A stretch of 64,000 bases of DNA from Chrysomallon squamiferum (taxonomy: Eukaryota > Animalia > Mollusca): assembly GCA_012295275.1 (NCBI GenBank), contig CM022679.1, forward strand, positions 1,798,001-1,862,000. The letters are read 5' to 3'. The translations under genes were made by a program, and so were the position numbers. The notes beneath the pieces are model-generated. The model saw nothing but the letters and a program-made list of their open reading frames with translations, made no database searches and was not told the origin of the DNA. This document shows positions 51,767-64,000 of the stretch, one piece after another (the stretch's first letter is position 1; each line of letters begins with the position of its first letter).

Positions 51767-54700
51767 CTAGTAGTCTTCTTCGTCAACCCCGTTTGACGGC
51801 ACAGAATAAAAAGGACTTAGTGTCGATCGTGCTCGCATTTGTCGGGGGTTGGGAGTCAGTGAATTTGGTGTCTGGAACAGAAAAAAAATAAAACATTTTA
51901 ATTTTGTTAAAAGTTCAGTTTATTTATTAATTTAGTATTAATAAATTGATAATAATCTAATAGCCTATACATTCAGTCTGTTACCATTATTCTGTAAATT
52001 AAAACAAAACGTAAAAACAACTCACCTCCAACAATAATTAAATGAACAGATTCTGTTTTATGAAAATTACTAATTAGAAAATAAAGTTATTCATTGTGCA
52101 GTTATATAACAACAAGCAGCAAAATTATTTTATTTATTTTATTTCACTATTATTATTTTTTGCATAAATAGTGGAACAATTCTGATATTTTTAATAAACA
52201 TTTCCTACAATTTGAAAGCTACTATTTCCAAAAGGAGAATATTATTTGCAACTACTATTTTTCAAATGATCATATTATCTAAACTGCTGAATTTATATAT
52301 ACATATATATATATATATATTTCTGTAAATTCATATGTACAAATGATGACCACACTTTATAAAGCTATAACATAACTGGGTGTGGCTGCATGCACACAAA
52401 CACACAGGGAAATAACATCACCTGGGATTTAAACGTAGTCTACATTGTCAAACCAAACTTGTAACTGGGATTTAATTTATAATTTACTTCTGCAGTTGGA
52501 CAGAATCTCAGACAATGTTTGTGGATAAATGTTAAGGTGGAGTAAGATTATTTTTATCACACTAACACAGTATTATTTATAGAATTTAAAAAAGTCAAAA
52601 ACTGTAATAATGATTTAGTTCTGGAGGGAATGGTTTGTGTTTTGCATAATTTTTTCAGCAGATTCAGTACATGACTACTTTAATGTCCATTTGTTGTTGC
52701 TTTTTTTTTTAAAGTTTTGTTTGAAGACCTCGGTAGCAGTAATATGGCACTAGTCTTGTGTTGACATTTGATTAACATCATAGTTACCGTTGTTGCTGTT
52801 GTTCCTGTTTTTATTGTTTTGTTGTTGTGGGTTTTTTGGATTATCATGTAAAATCAAATCAGTAACAGTATAAAATATTCATCTGTTACCTATTTTGATA
52901 TGATGAACACAACATCAAATAAAAACACATTCTCTTACAAATGTAACTTTGTAAATTATATTTCATATTCAAAATATCTGCATCATGAGAGGAATGCAAA
53001 TTGTAAGTAAAAATATAAAAAATTAAATTAAAACAATGACTCAGTGTTAAAAAGTTAAATGTAAATAAAAAACAGACAGATGAGTATTTTGTGAGTGGGT
53101 TGATTCGTATGTTTGAGAATGACTGGACAGGAGAGTGTAGACATAATCAACATGTAGTCTTCACAACGCGATGTGTGTAGAGAAACTAGAAAACAAGGTA
53201 CTGAGAATGACTAGGAAGGAATTTTTGTAAACAGTTAGTCGTTATCATGTGGTAATAACACAGTCAGTGGGTTTTATTGTAGAGTTTTATACCAAGTCAT
53301 CATTATCGCCTGTCAACGCTGACGTTGTTGTCTGTTGAATGTTAAGTCACAGTGCTGTCTGTTGAAAACTAACTTGTTGTAAAGTCAAGAGCTCACTGTC
53401 ACTGGTAGAAAACAAACATATCAATCAGTTTTTGTTTACATCTCAATTATAACGTTTCTTAGCTGTCAAGAAGAAACCTCTTGCTGCCACATTAGGACTC
53501 GATTTATTATTAGCAGCAAGAAATCTTTTTAATGCATATCCCTGCAGTTGGAAAAGCAAATAATATGATATTATTTTGATTAAACAGACAGATGGTACCT
53601 AGTTGAACAGTGCAGTAAGGAGTGTTTATGTATTTTTTGCTAATGAGCATCAAACATGAACCTTATGTTAATAATAACTTGTGTAACAAGCTAGCACTAA
53701 CTGGTTTAAGCTGAAGCAAACTGTAAAACCCTTCTTTATTTGAAAAGCAGATCTGTTAACATGTCCACTTTTCACGAAGGGCTTAACTAGAACAAAAAGC
53801 TGTGAACAAGTTTTAATAAGCATGAATCTCTTTATTTGATCTCTGAAGTGCAAACTTCAGAGCACGTCATTACTGAATCGTTTCTTGAAGGGTGTGTAAG
53901 AAACAAGACTAACAAAACAACACAACAACCTGTGAACACATCTAACTTACTCATCACTGTGAGGACTCTCGCACTCGTGCAATAGGCTAAAATAGGAAAA
54001 TCAAAATCACATCACATATCATCACGTTTTTCTACTGGATACACACTACAGTATGAGCACAGTGGTTCTACTGATACTTTGGTTCAGGATCATTCATAAA
54101 GAAGTAGAAGAAAAAATAGAAAACTATAATAAGAAGATATAAACAAAATAAAAAACAGAAAAAGAGATATTAAATTTTTTTAACACTTTGCTTCCCAAAA
54201 TGTTCTTATTTAAAGTTAGATTTTATTTATTTTTAATTTACTTTAATTTTTATTATTATTATTATTATTTTTTTTTTTTTTTTTTTGAATATATTTTATT
54301 TTTTATTCTGGGATTCCTCTGGATTTATTATATTTTTTTTTTTTTACATTTTTTTTTTTTTACTTTATTTCTGATTTCTTAAAACTCTTTCTCTGAAAAT
54401 TAAAGTTAATTTCCAAACAGAAAAAAAATATTTATAATTACTAAAAGTCTCCATCATTTTTTTTTTTGCCCATTAAACAATAAGAACAGGCCTTTTCAAA
54501 GACTCCATAATTTATCATTATCATAATTTTTTATTTTATTTTATTTTTTTCTTTCTATTTATTGAAACAGACAATATTTAAATTAATCTAACAGTAAGGA
54601 CAGGAAGCCATTTCAAAGAGAAAGAGAGAGATTCTACAAGTGAAGGAGAGGAGACAACACACAGAAGTGTTTCCAAGTCTCTGTGTTACCTTTATGACAT

Positions 54701-57700
54701 GGAACCAGCTCGTAAGCTGCGTTCACTACTTCGTGCTCGACCCATTGGCTGCAAATTAAAGTTATAGTTTGTTTCTGTTTTCTGTACGCTTCTTTGATTA
54801 TTTTAATGTGAATAATTTCATTAACAAAACAATTACTATGATTCTCTGTACATGTCTGTCTATACTCTGTAATTTGAGCGGGCTGTACTTACTGCTGGAC
54901 TGGCGCTGGTTCGAGACACTGACACAGAACTGCGGTTCTTGGCTCGCAGTTTCTGAACAGTCCCCTCCGCAGTGTCCGCACGCTCCTCTGCGTCCTCCAG
55001 CTCGTGCTGAACTTTGCGATACTTAGCCAAGTTAATGGCAGCAATTTCTTCCTGTAACAACAGCACATTTGATATTTTACTTTTTTCTATTTTTTTCTTG
55101 GTTCTGCTGGATTTATTTTCAATTTCATTTTTGTGAAAACAAGATCAGCAATCAATGAAAATAATTTCACCAACATAAATACTTGTGACACAAGATTGGA
55201 ATTTTTTTTCATTTTTTCATTTTTTTTTTTTTTTTTTAAATGTAAAATATGTAGTTGGAATATTGTAAAAACATTTCTAAATTACTGGAATTTGAATTAA
55301 TCTCACTGTGTTAAATCAAGGTAAATGAAACAATGGATGTGGTTTATTTATGAAATCTACAGTCAGTGCAGCACATTAAGACAAAGATAAATTCTAACAA
55401 AAGTAAAAACACTCACAGCCTCCTCCACTTGTCTCTTGTAAGTTTTGATTTTCTGGTTCAGCTTGTCAATGACTTCTTGCAGACGTTCCTGGTTCTTGTG
55501 GTCTTCCTCTGCCTGGAATGCCAGCTCCTTCAGTCTGCGATCAGCCTTCCTCAGGTTCTTCTGAGTCTCAGCGTGACGCCGCTGTTCATTGTCAAACTCA
55601 TTCTCCAGCTCACGAACCTGACAACATGTTACATACAACAGTAACACAATACAGGATGTTCACTAGCAACATAAGCCATCTCAAAAAAAGTCTTTAGACA
55701 TTAAATCATGCCAAAAATAAAATAATGTCTGTCTTTAAAGTGTATATTTAAATTCAGATGCAACAAATCACAACAATATATATTATAATGAATGATATTA
55801 TTTGTGCTTTGAATTAGGTCATGCTACTAATTTAATAATTTTAATAAAACTAACTTTGACACCAGTATTTTTTTGTGTGAAATATTGAAAACTGTTACTC
55901 ACTCTCTGTTCAAGTTTCTGGATGAGTTTCTTTCCTCCTTTAAGAGCCTGGGCCTCAGCCTCATCCAGTCGGATTTGCAGTTCTTTTACCTGGTTCTCCA
56001 GGTTCTTACGTAGTTTCTCAACCTGCATGCCGTGGTCCTGTTCCTGTCTCAGCTCATCAGCCAGGCGGGCAGCATCGGCAAGAGCCTTCTTGCAGCGATC
56101 CTCAGAATTTCTCAGTTCCGTGTTCATCTCATCTAGATCAGCCTGAACAAAATTTATGTCTTACTCTTAAATATTTTGTCTTAATGTCTGAATTTCTTAC
56201 ATAGAACAGTCTTCTTATTTTATACTTTTCTAACTCTTCCTCTCCAAACTCTAACACAAATGAAAATTGTTTCTTTTAAAGAAAATAAATTGTTTGTCCT
56301 TCACTGTTAAATGTTTTACACAATTTACTTTTTAATAATTAGTATTTCCTGTATCTTTTTAACAGCAAAGAAATGACTGAAATGTAAATTTTTACATTAA
56401 TTGCAAAAACTCTGTCAACTAGTTTAATAATGATTACACAAATGGAGAGTACTGAAGAAATAAAAAAGCAACTGACTGTCATGGCAGTGACATCTCCTTC
56501 CAGTTTTCTCTTCTGTCCAGACAGTGAGGACACCTGGGCCTGCAGCTCGTTCACGCGGTCGTTGGCATCAGCGAGCTCGTTCTCTGCTGCCTTACGCCCA
56601 CGTTCTGCCTGCTCCAGATGAGTTCTGAGTTCTTCACACTCTCCGTTGAGCAGTGCACACTTCCTCTCCGCCATGTTGAAGGACTCGCGAGCCTCATCGC
56701 GGTTACGCTGTTCCTCCTCCACCTGACTCTGTAGCTCCTGAATGTGCTGCTGGTATCGTTTGATGTTCTTCTCCAGTTCAGCTTTGCCACGGTTGGCAGT
56801 GTCGAGAGCAATCTCCAGCTCATTAATATCCTGTTCCAACTTCTTCTTGATACGCAGAGCTTCAGCTTTTCCCTTCGACTCTGCCTCAAGACTGGCTTGC
56901 ATGGAGTCAAGAGCGCGCTGGTGGTTACGACTGGATTTTAAAAACATCAGTATTTAATAATTATTCTGAGGGAGTGGAACTTTAATATACAGGTTCTGCA
57001 GAATTCTCATTTGTAACTTTAAAGTTTTGTTCATAATGATTTATACCTATTAACATGATTATGGATTTTAATGTATCAGCTTTGAATGTAAGCATCTAAA
57101 ATGATTAAAAATTAATAATAAAAAAAGAGAAACAAAAAACAAATTATGCATACTTAAAAATTGATAGAACTGTTTTCTGATTTCTGCGTCTTACCGAGTG
57201 TTTTCAAACTCCTCATCTTTCTCAGCAAGGCGTCTATCAATCTCAGCTCGCACAGTAGAAATCTCGAGTTGAGCTCTCATCACTTTAGCCTCCTCCTGTT
57301 CCAGGGCTGCCTCAGCCTCCTCCAGTGCAGCCTGCAGCTCCTCTTTCTCCATTTCCAGACGTTTTCTTGCTTTCTCAACCTCATGTGTGCTGCGGCCTCC
57401 ATCAGTGAGTTGCTCAGTGAGGTCGTGGATCTCCTCAGCCAGGTTCTTGTTCTCCCTCCTCAGAGACTCAATGCTGTCCTGAGCCTCCTCGTACTGAGCC
57501 TTCACGCGGAACAGTTCTGCTGAGTAGCTGCGAGCCTCCTTCTGGGCATTCTCCAGTTCCTGCTGCAGATCCTTGCACTTGTTCTGCCATTCCTGGAGAG
57601 TCTTGTCGAAAGATCTCTGCTTCTTCTCAAGGTTGCTGGCATTGGCATTGGCCTGGAATAAAAATATTCAGTGTGAAAATCATCATGATGTAAAGTTTCA

Positions 57701-60700
57701 GACCACCAAGAGGTGACAATCAGTTTTTATAAATAAATTAGTATTAATGTCTTCTTCTTAAGGATAATTTGTTTGAATAGTGGTTGCAAATTTCACTAAC
57801 TGGAACAAAAACACAAAAAAAAATTAAAACAGTTAAAAAAATATTTTTATATGAAATATATAATTTTATTTTTATTTGAAAAAAAAAGATATTGTTAAAA
57901 GAAAGATTATCTCAGTTTCTAAGTTAATGAAATCAGCATCCATTATCTTTTATAAATATAATAAATTTATCTTTCATTTTCTATCAGTATACACCTTTAT
58001 TTAGTGTTTTCTTGATTGAATCCTGGTTACAAACTTCACTTAATATAATTTAAAAAAAAATAAAAAATAAAAATTAAAACAGCTTAAAAACATCTTTGTA
58101 TGAAATATATCTTATCATCTGCATTTAAAAAAAAAAAAATAAATAAAAAATGTTAAAAGAAAGAAATGGCTCTATGTTAATGAAATCTGCAAAACAACTG
58201 TGTTGGTTTTTCTTACCCGTTCCACATCAACCATGAGATCTTCAAGTTCTCCCTGCAGTCTGGCTTTGGCTTTCTCCAGTGCATTCACCTTGGCGAGGGC
58301 TGCTTCAGCTGCCTGTTCTGCCTCTGACAGCTTGGCCTGGAGCTTACGTCTGTAACAAACATTCATCTCCTAACATCACAATCTGAGTTTTCAAAATCTA
58401 GTCAAGAAAAACTGACACATCCACAAAATAATTATGTTTTAGTATTTAAAAATGTTGTAAAAATAGTAGAAATACATAACTACGTTAAAAACTGAAGTCA
58501 CTATTTTGACACTCACTTGCTCTCCTCAAGTTCTTCAGCGCGGGATGTTCCTTCTGATTCGTATTTGGCACGCCACTGCTGGGCTTCAGCATTGGCTTTA
58601 GACAGTGCCCTCTGGAGATCTGACCTTGCCTCCTGCTCTTCTTCAAGCTGTTCACGAATGCCATCTAGGTCAGCGGTCAAGTTGCGAATTTCACTCTGTA
58701 GTTTCTGGCGAGCCTGCAAACAACACATCTCTGTTATATCTCAAGAAGAAATGATTTATTGTACCATTTCCATAAATATCTTATTAATATTACAAAAATA
58801 TATTGAGCTTAGTTTTCAAAATGATTTGTAATTACAGTTTTTCAAGTTGCCTCCATTATTACCACATTTATAAAATTAGTTATTGATACTTAACTTCTAC
58901 CACTATTACAACATCATCACTATTGTTTATGCCACTATCATCACTAGTTCTTCCACAATACCATTAACAGGATTTCTATTACCTCCGCCAGTGTCAATCT
59001 TTAACTACTATACAGTAACTATTACCACTGTTATAACAGCTATTTATTATTTAAAGTTTTGTTCTTGCAACTGAATTCACCTTTCTGCATTATTCATACT
59101 AAATTAGTAGTGACTGTGACAGTGATTTACCCGTGTTTCATCTTCCAGGGATCGTTTGGCCTCTTCCAGGTTGCCGTTGAGCGAGTTCTTCTCCTTGGTC
59201 AGCTGACCAATGCGGTGCTCGGCTTCCTCCAACTGTCGGGTGAGGTCAGCGTTCTCCATCTGCAGTTTGTTCTTCTGACTCTGCAGGTCACTCACTTGGC
59301 GGTTTGCCTCGTCAACTTTGGCCTGAGCCTCAGCGATCTGGTTCTCCATCTGTTTTGTCATCTTGTCAGACGCTCCCTGCAATGTCAAACACACTTTTAA
59401 ACAGATTGGAATAAAAAGAAAAACAAATTATAAAATAAATAATTACACAAACAAACAAACAAATAAATGAAATTATTATTAATAATAATAATAATAATAA
59501 TAGTGAATTAATTTAATTGAAAATTAAGAAAATATGTAAACAAAACAACATGCATGATTATTAAATTGTACAAAATGACAGTCACAAATATAACAAGGCA
59601 GATATTCAAGATGTGAAAAAAAGAGGTTTCAAATTATTTATCAGTTTAATTTAACAATCTCAGTGTTTGTCTTTTTCAAGCCAAATTACAAACAGACTGA
59701 GCAGCTACAATTCAAATGAATGCCACAAGTATTCCAAAACACAATAACATTCGCAGTAAAATAATGGTTTAATTAGACAGTGATACAAATATTTTTTCTT
59801 TTTTTATTGTACATTTAAAATAATTTAAATTTAAAATTTAAAATTCTAAATTAAAATTGAAAATGGACAAACCCAGGAGCTGAGTCTTCAATACAAAACT
59901 TCCATTGCTAACTCATGCTTCTTCTTTCCTGCTTCAGACAAACATGCAATGTACATGCAAAATACAAAAAAAACACACAGCAAACTGTTAATCACATAAA
60001 TTCATTTTCACATCAATTTTAACATATAAACTGTATTAATGTGTAGGGGAAAACAAGCAGAAATTAATCATGTACACAAATATATTTAATGTTCTCTGTT
60101 CTGGTTCAGTTGTAATTGTACACATGATTTTACATATAATTTTACAAACACCAGGCTCTCTCTCAGCTAAACTGTTAATAAACAACTGCTTAATGTTTCC
60201 TACAATCATGCTGTATTGTAATCAAGATGTTAAAACAATAAACAAATATCTCAACAGTATTAGTAAAAACATATTTTAAGGAGACACTTGTATTAAGTTT
60301 ACATTGGGTAAGTTCTGTATATATCCTGTAACTTGTCATTTATACAAGTCCCATGTGCGTTCAGTGAAATGTATGTGTTCCTCTGTCTGTTCTTATGTCA
60401 GTCCATTTATGTTTCTTCTTAAGTTTGTCTGAACTGTTTTGTCAATATTTGTCCTTCATATTAAAGTTCTAGATGTGTTTCTGTTTATATATTGTATGAA
60501 AGCACTTATACACAAACACATATGAATCCATTCACACACACAAAAATACACACACACATACATACTCACACATATGTCCACCCATGCCCACACACACACA
60601 CTCACACAATAATACACAGAGAAACACAAATACACACACATGCAACACACCTTCACACCTATATACATTCACACACGTACATACACATGCGTACGTGAAT

Positions 60701-60750
60701 ACATAAACAGACATATACAAATATACATATACATACACATACACACACAA

Positions 60751-60781
<31 letters not shown>

Positions 60782-62378
60782 AACACCCACACACATATAG
60801 ATACACTAATCCTTCAAGAGTGTATGTTCTTATTCCAGTAGTGTGTGTGTAGAAATATAGTGGTGAAGCTAACACAAGCAGGTGTTTACAAAGAAAACAC
60901 AAAGTGAAAACTCACTCTGTTCTTGCTGATGTGTTCAATCTGTGCATGTGCATCTTCCAGCTCAGCTTTCAGCTGTTGTTTCTCTTTCTCCAGTCTGCAA
61001 ATAAACACTGGTCCATGTACCAGCACAAAAACAACTTTCTTCTTTCTCTAATACAAGATAAACATCTGGGAAATTAAAACAACAGAACATTCATCACATT
61101 TTCTATTCTGCCTTCCTAAAATAGTTACATTACAAGACACCCACATGTTCTGACAATAAGTATATATTTATATCTCCTCAAGAAAACAAATGACGTCATA
61201 AAGGTGTGATAAATCTATAATACATTTCAACACACTCGCTACATTATTTTCCATTTCCTTGTTTAGTTTCTGTAATATTTTTGTCTGTGAGAAGGAGTAG
61301 TCTAGTATAACAGATACCTTGCTGGCAGCCAAAAACAGTAGCCTAGAAGTTATTAAACATAAATACCAAGCTCTCAAAGCTCTAAAAATTTTACATAATA
61401 TCAACACTTTAAAATGTAAATTACACAGTCAGAATTCTGGACTATTGTATGTATCCTTACAATGACTTTCTTAATGTTCTACTAACAGTTAGACACATGA
61501 ACAGTCAGATATTAACTATTATCAGTAACTTCTTGAGTTCTTGTTTTTCACTTGGTAATATAATATACTAATGTGTGGTTTTTGTGAAACAGATACCAAT
61601 ATTTCTGAAATATAAACAAATTGGCATCAGTAAAGCTTTGCTTAGCAGATCCTCTCACTAATATAAATATCATGATAGGAAGAAATCTGTCACTCACTCT
61701 TTTACCTTACTAATGGGTTAAGACAGATAAAACACACCCAGCTGAATATATCTTGGTTATTTCACAAACAACAACATTAATCTCATGTTCTTGTACAGAT
61801 GTATTTATTCTACAATTGTTCTAAGTTTGAGGGTGATTTCAAATTTCAGATCCACTAAGTAAGTAGACTGTCTATTTAATAATCTCATGAACTACCTGTA
61901 CTGAAGTGGCTATGTTTGTCTGATACATGGTGGAACTCAGGATCAAGCCTCATAAGTGTCCTAACTGTGTTAGGTCCCTACAACTAATACAAGCTTGAGT
62001 TCTTCTCCATGGGAAGGTAACTATATAAGATTTCTCTCTACTACTCATAAAGAGAAGCTTACAGAAGTTTAGTTTCTTATTACATATAATTAAATAATCT
62101 CCAAGGATAAAGTTGATAACAAACCTGGATTTAATTTTCTGCAGTTGGTCAACCTGGTCACCCAGCTCGTTGGCAGCGTCAGCATGTTTCTTGCGCAGTG
62201 CTGCCACCTGGGCCTCATGTTGAAGTGTCTGCTCCTCGAGATCACGACGAAGTTTCAAAAGTTCCTGTTCACGTTTCTTGTTCAACTCAATCTGAGCCGC
62301 AGTAGCACCACCAGCCTCATCAAGTCTCTCACTGAGGTCTTCCAACTCACGACTTAGTTCAGTCCTCTGCTTCTCTAC
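51767..62378 (-). CDS. Mhc: Muscle myosin II heavy chain, rod and tailpiece exons (5' part lies beyond window end)
   Basis: Minus-strand exons 62378-62125, 60994-60916, 59376-59131, 58713-58517, 58349-58217, 57652-57195, 56930-56477, 56142-55903, 55617-55417, 55051-54893, terminal 51871-51767. Peptides [93 protein letters not shown] are typical of molluscan striated/catch myosin heavy chain. Confidence 0.96.
53293..53331 (-). CDS. Possible in-frame myosin tail cassette exon ([13 protein letters not shown])
   Basis: CAG acceptor, 39 nt, phase 0, GT donor (weak GTATAA); no homology support. Confidence 0.3.
53470..53548. mobile_element. Degenerate fragment resembling a common gastropod SINE-like repeat
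   Basis: GAAGAAACCTCTTGCTGCCACATTAGGACTC...ATTAGCAGCAAGAAATCTTTTTAATGCATATCCC resembles, from memory, an abundant molluscan interspersed repeat; not verifiable here. Confidence 0.3.
53951..53986 (-). CDS. Alternative myosin tailpiece exon ([10 protein letters not shown]-stop)
   Basis: Pyrimidine tract TTTTCCTATTTTAG, phase-0 frame, TGA TGA, then perfect GTAAGT donor. Confidence 0.65.
54690..54748 (-). CDS. Alternative myosin tailpiece exon ([18 protein letters not shown]-stop)
   Basis: TTTAATTTGCAG acceptor, phase-0 continuation from SPA|GTAAGT, TAA then AG|GTAAC donor; GC-richer than flanks. Confidence 0.7.
60535..60800. repeat. Degenerate (CA)n-rich low-complexity tract
   Basis: Direct inspection. 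Confidence 0.85.
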
Positions 62379-63500
62379 CTGTTAGCAAATTATTTACTTG
62401 TTTATAACTTAGTTCAGTCCTCTGCTTCTCTACCTGTTAGTAAATTATTTACTTGTTTATAACTTAGTTCAGTCCTCTGTTTCTCTACCTGTTTGTAAAT
62501 TATTTACTTGTTTATAACTTAGTTCAGTCCTCTGCTTCTCTACCTGTTAGTAAATTATTTACTTGTTTATATAATTTAGTTTATAACAGTTTCTCTACCT
62601 TGTTTGTTTACTTGTTTAAATTTAGTTCAGTTTCTCTACTTGTTTGTAAATTATTTACTAGTTTATAACTTAGTTCAGTCCTCTGTTTCTCTACCTGTTA
62701 GTAAATTATTTACTTGTTTACAACTTAGTTCAGTCTCTGTTTCTCTACCTGTTAGTAAATTATTTACTTGTTTATAACTTAGTTCAGTTTCTCTACTTGT
62801 TTGTAAATTATTTACTAGTTTATAACTTAGTTCAGTCCTCTGTTTCTCTACCTGTTAGTAAATTATTTACTTGTTTACAACTTAGTTCAGTCTCTGTTTC
62901 TCTACCTGTTAGTAAATTATTTACTTGTTTATAACTTAGTTCAGTTTCTCTACTTGTTTGTAAATTATTTACTAGTTTATAACTTAGTTCAGTCCTCTGT
63001 TTCTCTACCTGTTAGCAAATTATTTACTTGTTTATAACTTAGTTCAGTCCTCTGTTTCTCTACCTGTTTGTAAATTATTTACTTGTTTATAACTTAGTAC
63101 AGTCTCTGTTTCTCTACCTGTTAGTAAATTATTTACTTGTTTATAACTTAGTTCAGTCTCTGTTTCTCTACCTGTTTGTAAATTATTTACTTGTTTATAA
63201 CTTAGTTCAGTCTCTGTTTCTCTACCTGTTTGTAAATTATTTACTTGTTTATAACTTAGTTCAGTCTCTGTTTCTCTGTTAGTAAATTATTTACTTGTTT
63301 ATAACTTAGTTCAGTCTCTGTTTCTCTACCTGTTAGTAAATTATTTACTTGTTTATAACTTAGTTCAGTCCTCTGTTTCTCTGTTAGTAAATTATTTACT
63401 TGTTTATAACTTAGTTCAGTCTCTGTTTCTCTACCTGTTTGTAAATTATTTACTTGTTTATAACTTAGTTCAGTCTCTGTTTCTCTACCTGTTTGCAAAA
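62353..63500. repeat. ~54/55-bp minisatellite composed of the myosin acceptor site plus the first 26 nt of the exon (~20 units)
   Basis: Unit CTTAGTTCAGTCCTCTGCTTCTCTACCTGTTAGCAAATTATTTACTTGTTTATAA; first unit overlaps the coding exon. Confidence 0.93.
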
Positions 63501-63639
63501 TTTTTAGTTTAGTTCAGTCTTATAAATAATTTACATAAATAATTTACTTTACTGCATTTTATAAATAGCTTAATTCAATCCTGTTTCTCTACATTTTTTT
63601 TCAAGTTATTTAGTTTAGTTCTGTCTTACAAATCATTTA

Positions 63640-64000
63640 CTTTATTGTGTTTTATAAATAATTTAGTTCAGTTCGGTTTATCTATTTGTAAATATTTTAC
63701 TTTATTCTGTTTTACAGATAATTTAATTTAGTTGTGTTTTATAAATAATTTAGTTGTGTTTTATAAACAATTTAGTTGTGTTTTATAAATAATTTAGTTT
63801 AGTTGTGTTTTATAAATGATTCATTTAGTTGTGTTTTATAAATAACTTAGTTTAGTTATGTTTTATAAATAACTTAGTTTAGTTGTGTTTTATAAATAAT
63901 TTACTTTTGTTATATATTATAAATAATTTAGTTGTGTTTTATAAATTATTTAGTTTAGTTGTGTTTTATAAATAATTTACTTTAGTTATATATTATAAAT
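63640..64000. repeat. Degenerate 23-28-bp AT-rich tandem repeat
   Basis: TTAGTTGTGTTTTATAAATAAT-like units running to window end. Confidence 0.8.

Noticed and set aside
60456-60902. Several His/Thr- or Cys/Val-rich short ORFs (also 12363-12773, 15798-16025, 25346-25566)
   Set aside because: Translations of CA/TG microsatellite-like tracts.
61168-61407. Candidate second myosin hinge exon ([11 protein letters not shown])
   Set aside because: In the required phase after the CAG the frame hits TAA at once; no matching donor.

Overview
AT-rich, intron-rich eukaryotic (animal, very probably molluscan) genomic DNA; no prokaryotic features, RNA genes or CRISPR arrays were seen. From left to right: (1) the 3' 5.4 kb of an uninterrupted type I polyketide synthase reading frame (end of AT, DH, structural KR, degenerate ER, KR, ACP, terminal NRPS-type condensation-like domain) carrying one in-frame TAG at 469-471; (2) a tandem array of ADP-ribosylarginine hydrolase (ARH1/ADPRH-like) genes: a 3' pseudogene fragment (~11.2-13.2 kb), copy A (15293-22303, two catalytic aspartates substituted and exon 7 damaged) and intact copy B (24859-30351), both with a long (S/I/V/C)QT-repeat C-terminal tail; (3) a complete 24-coding-exon exportin-6 gene (32230-47434); (4) the rod/tail part of a muscle myosin heavy chain gene on the minus strand with several alternative tailpiece exons. 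Several intronic minisatellites are built from duplicated splice junctions. Exon boundaries and counts were read by eye and homologies recalled from known family sequences, not computed.
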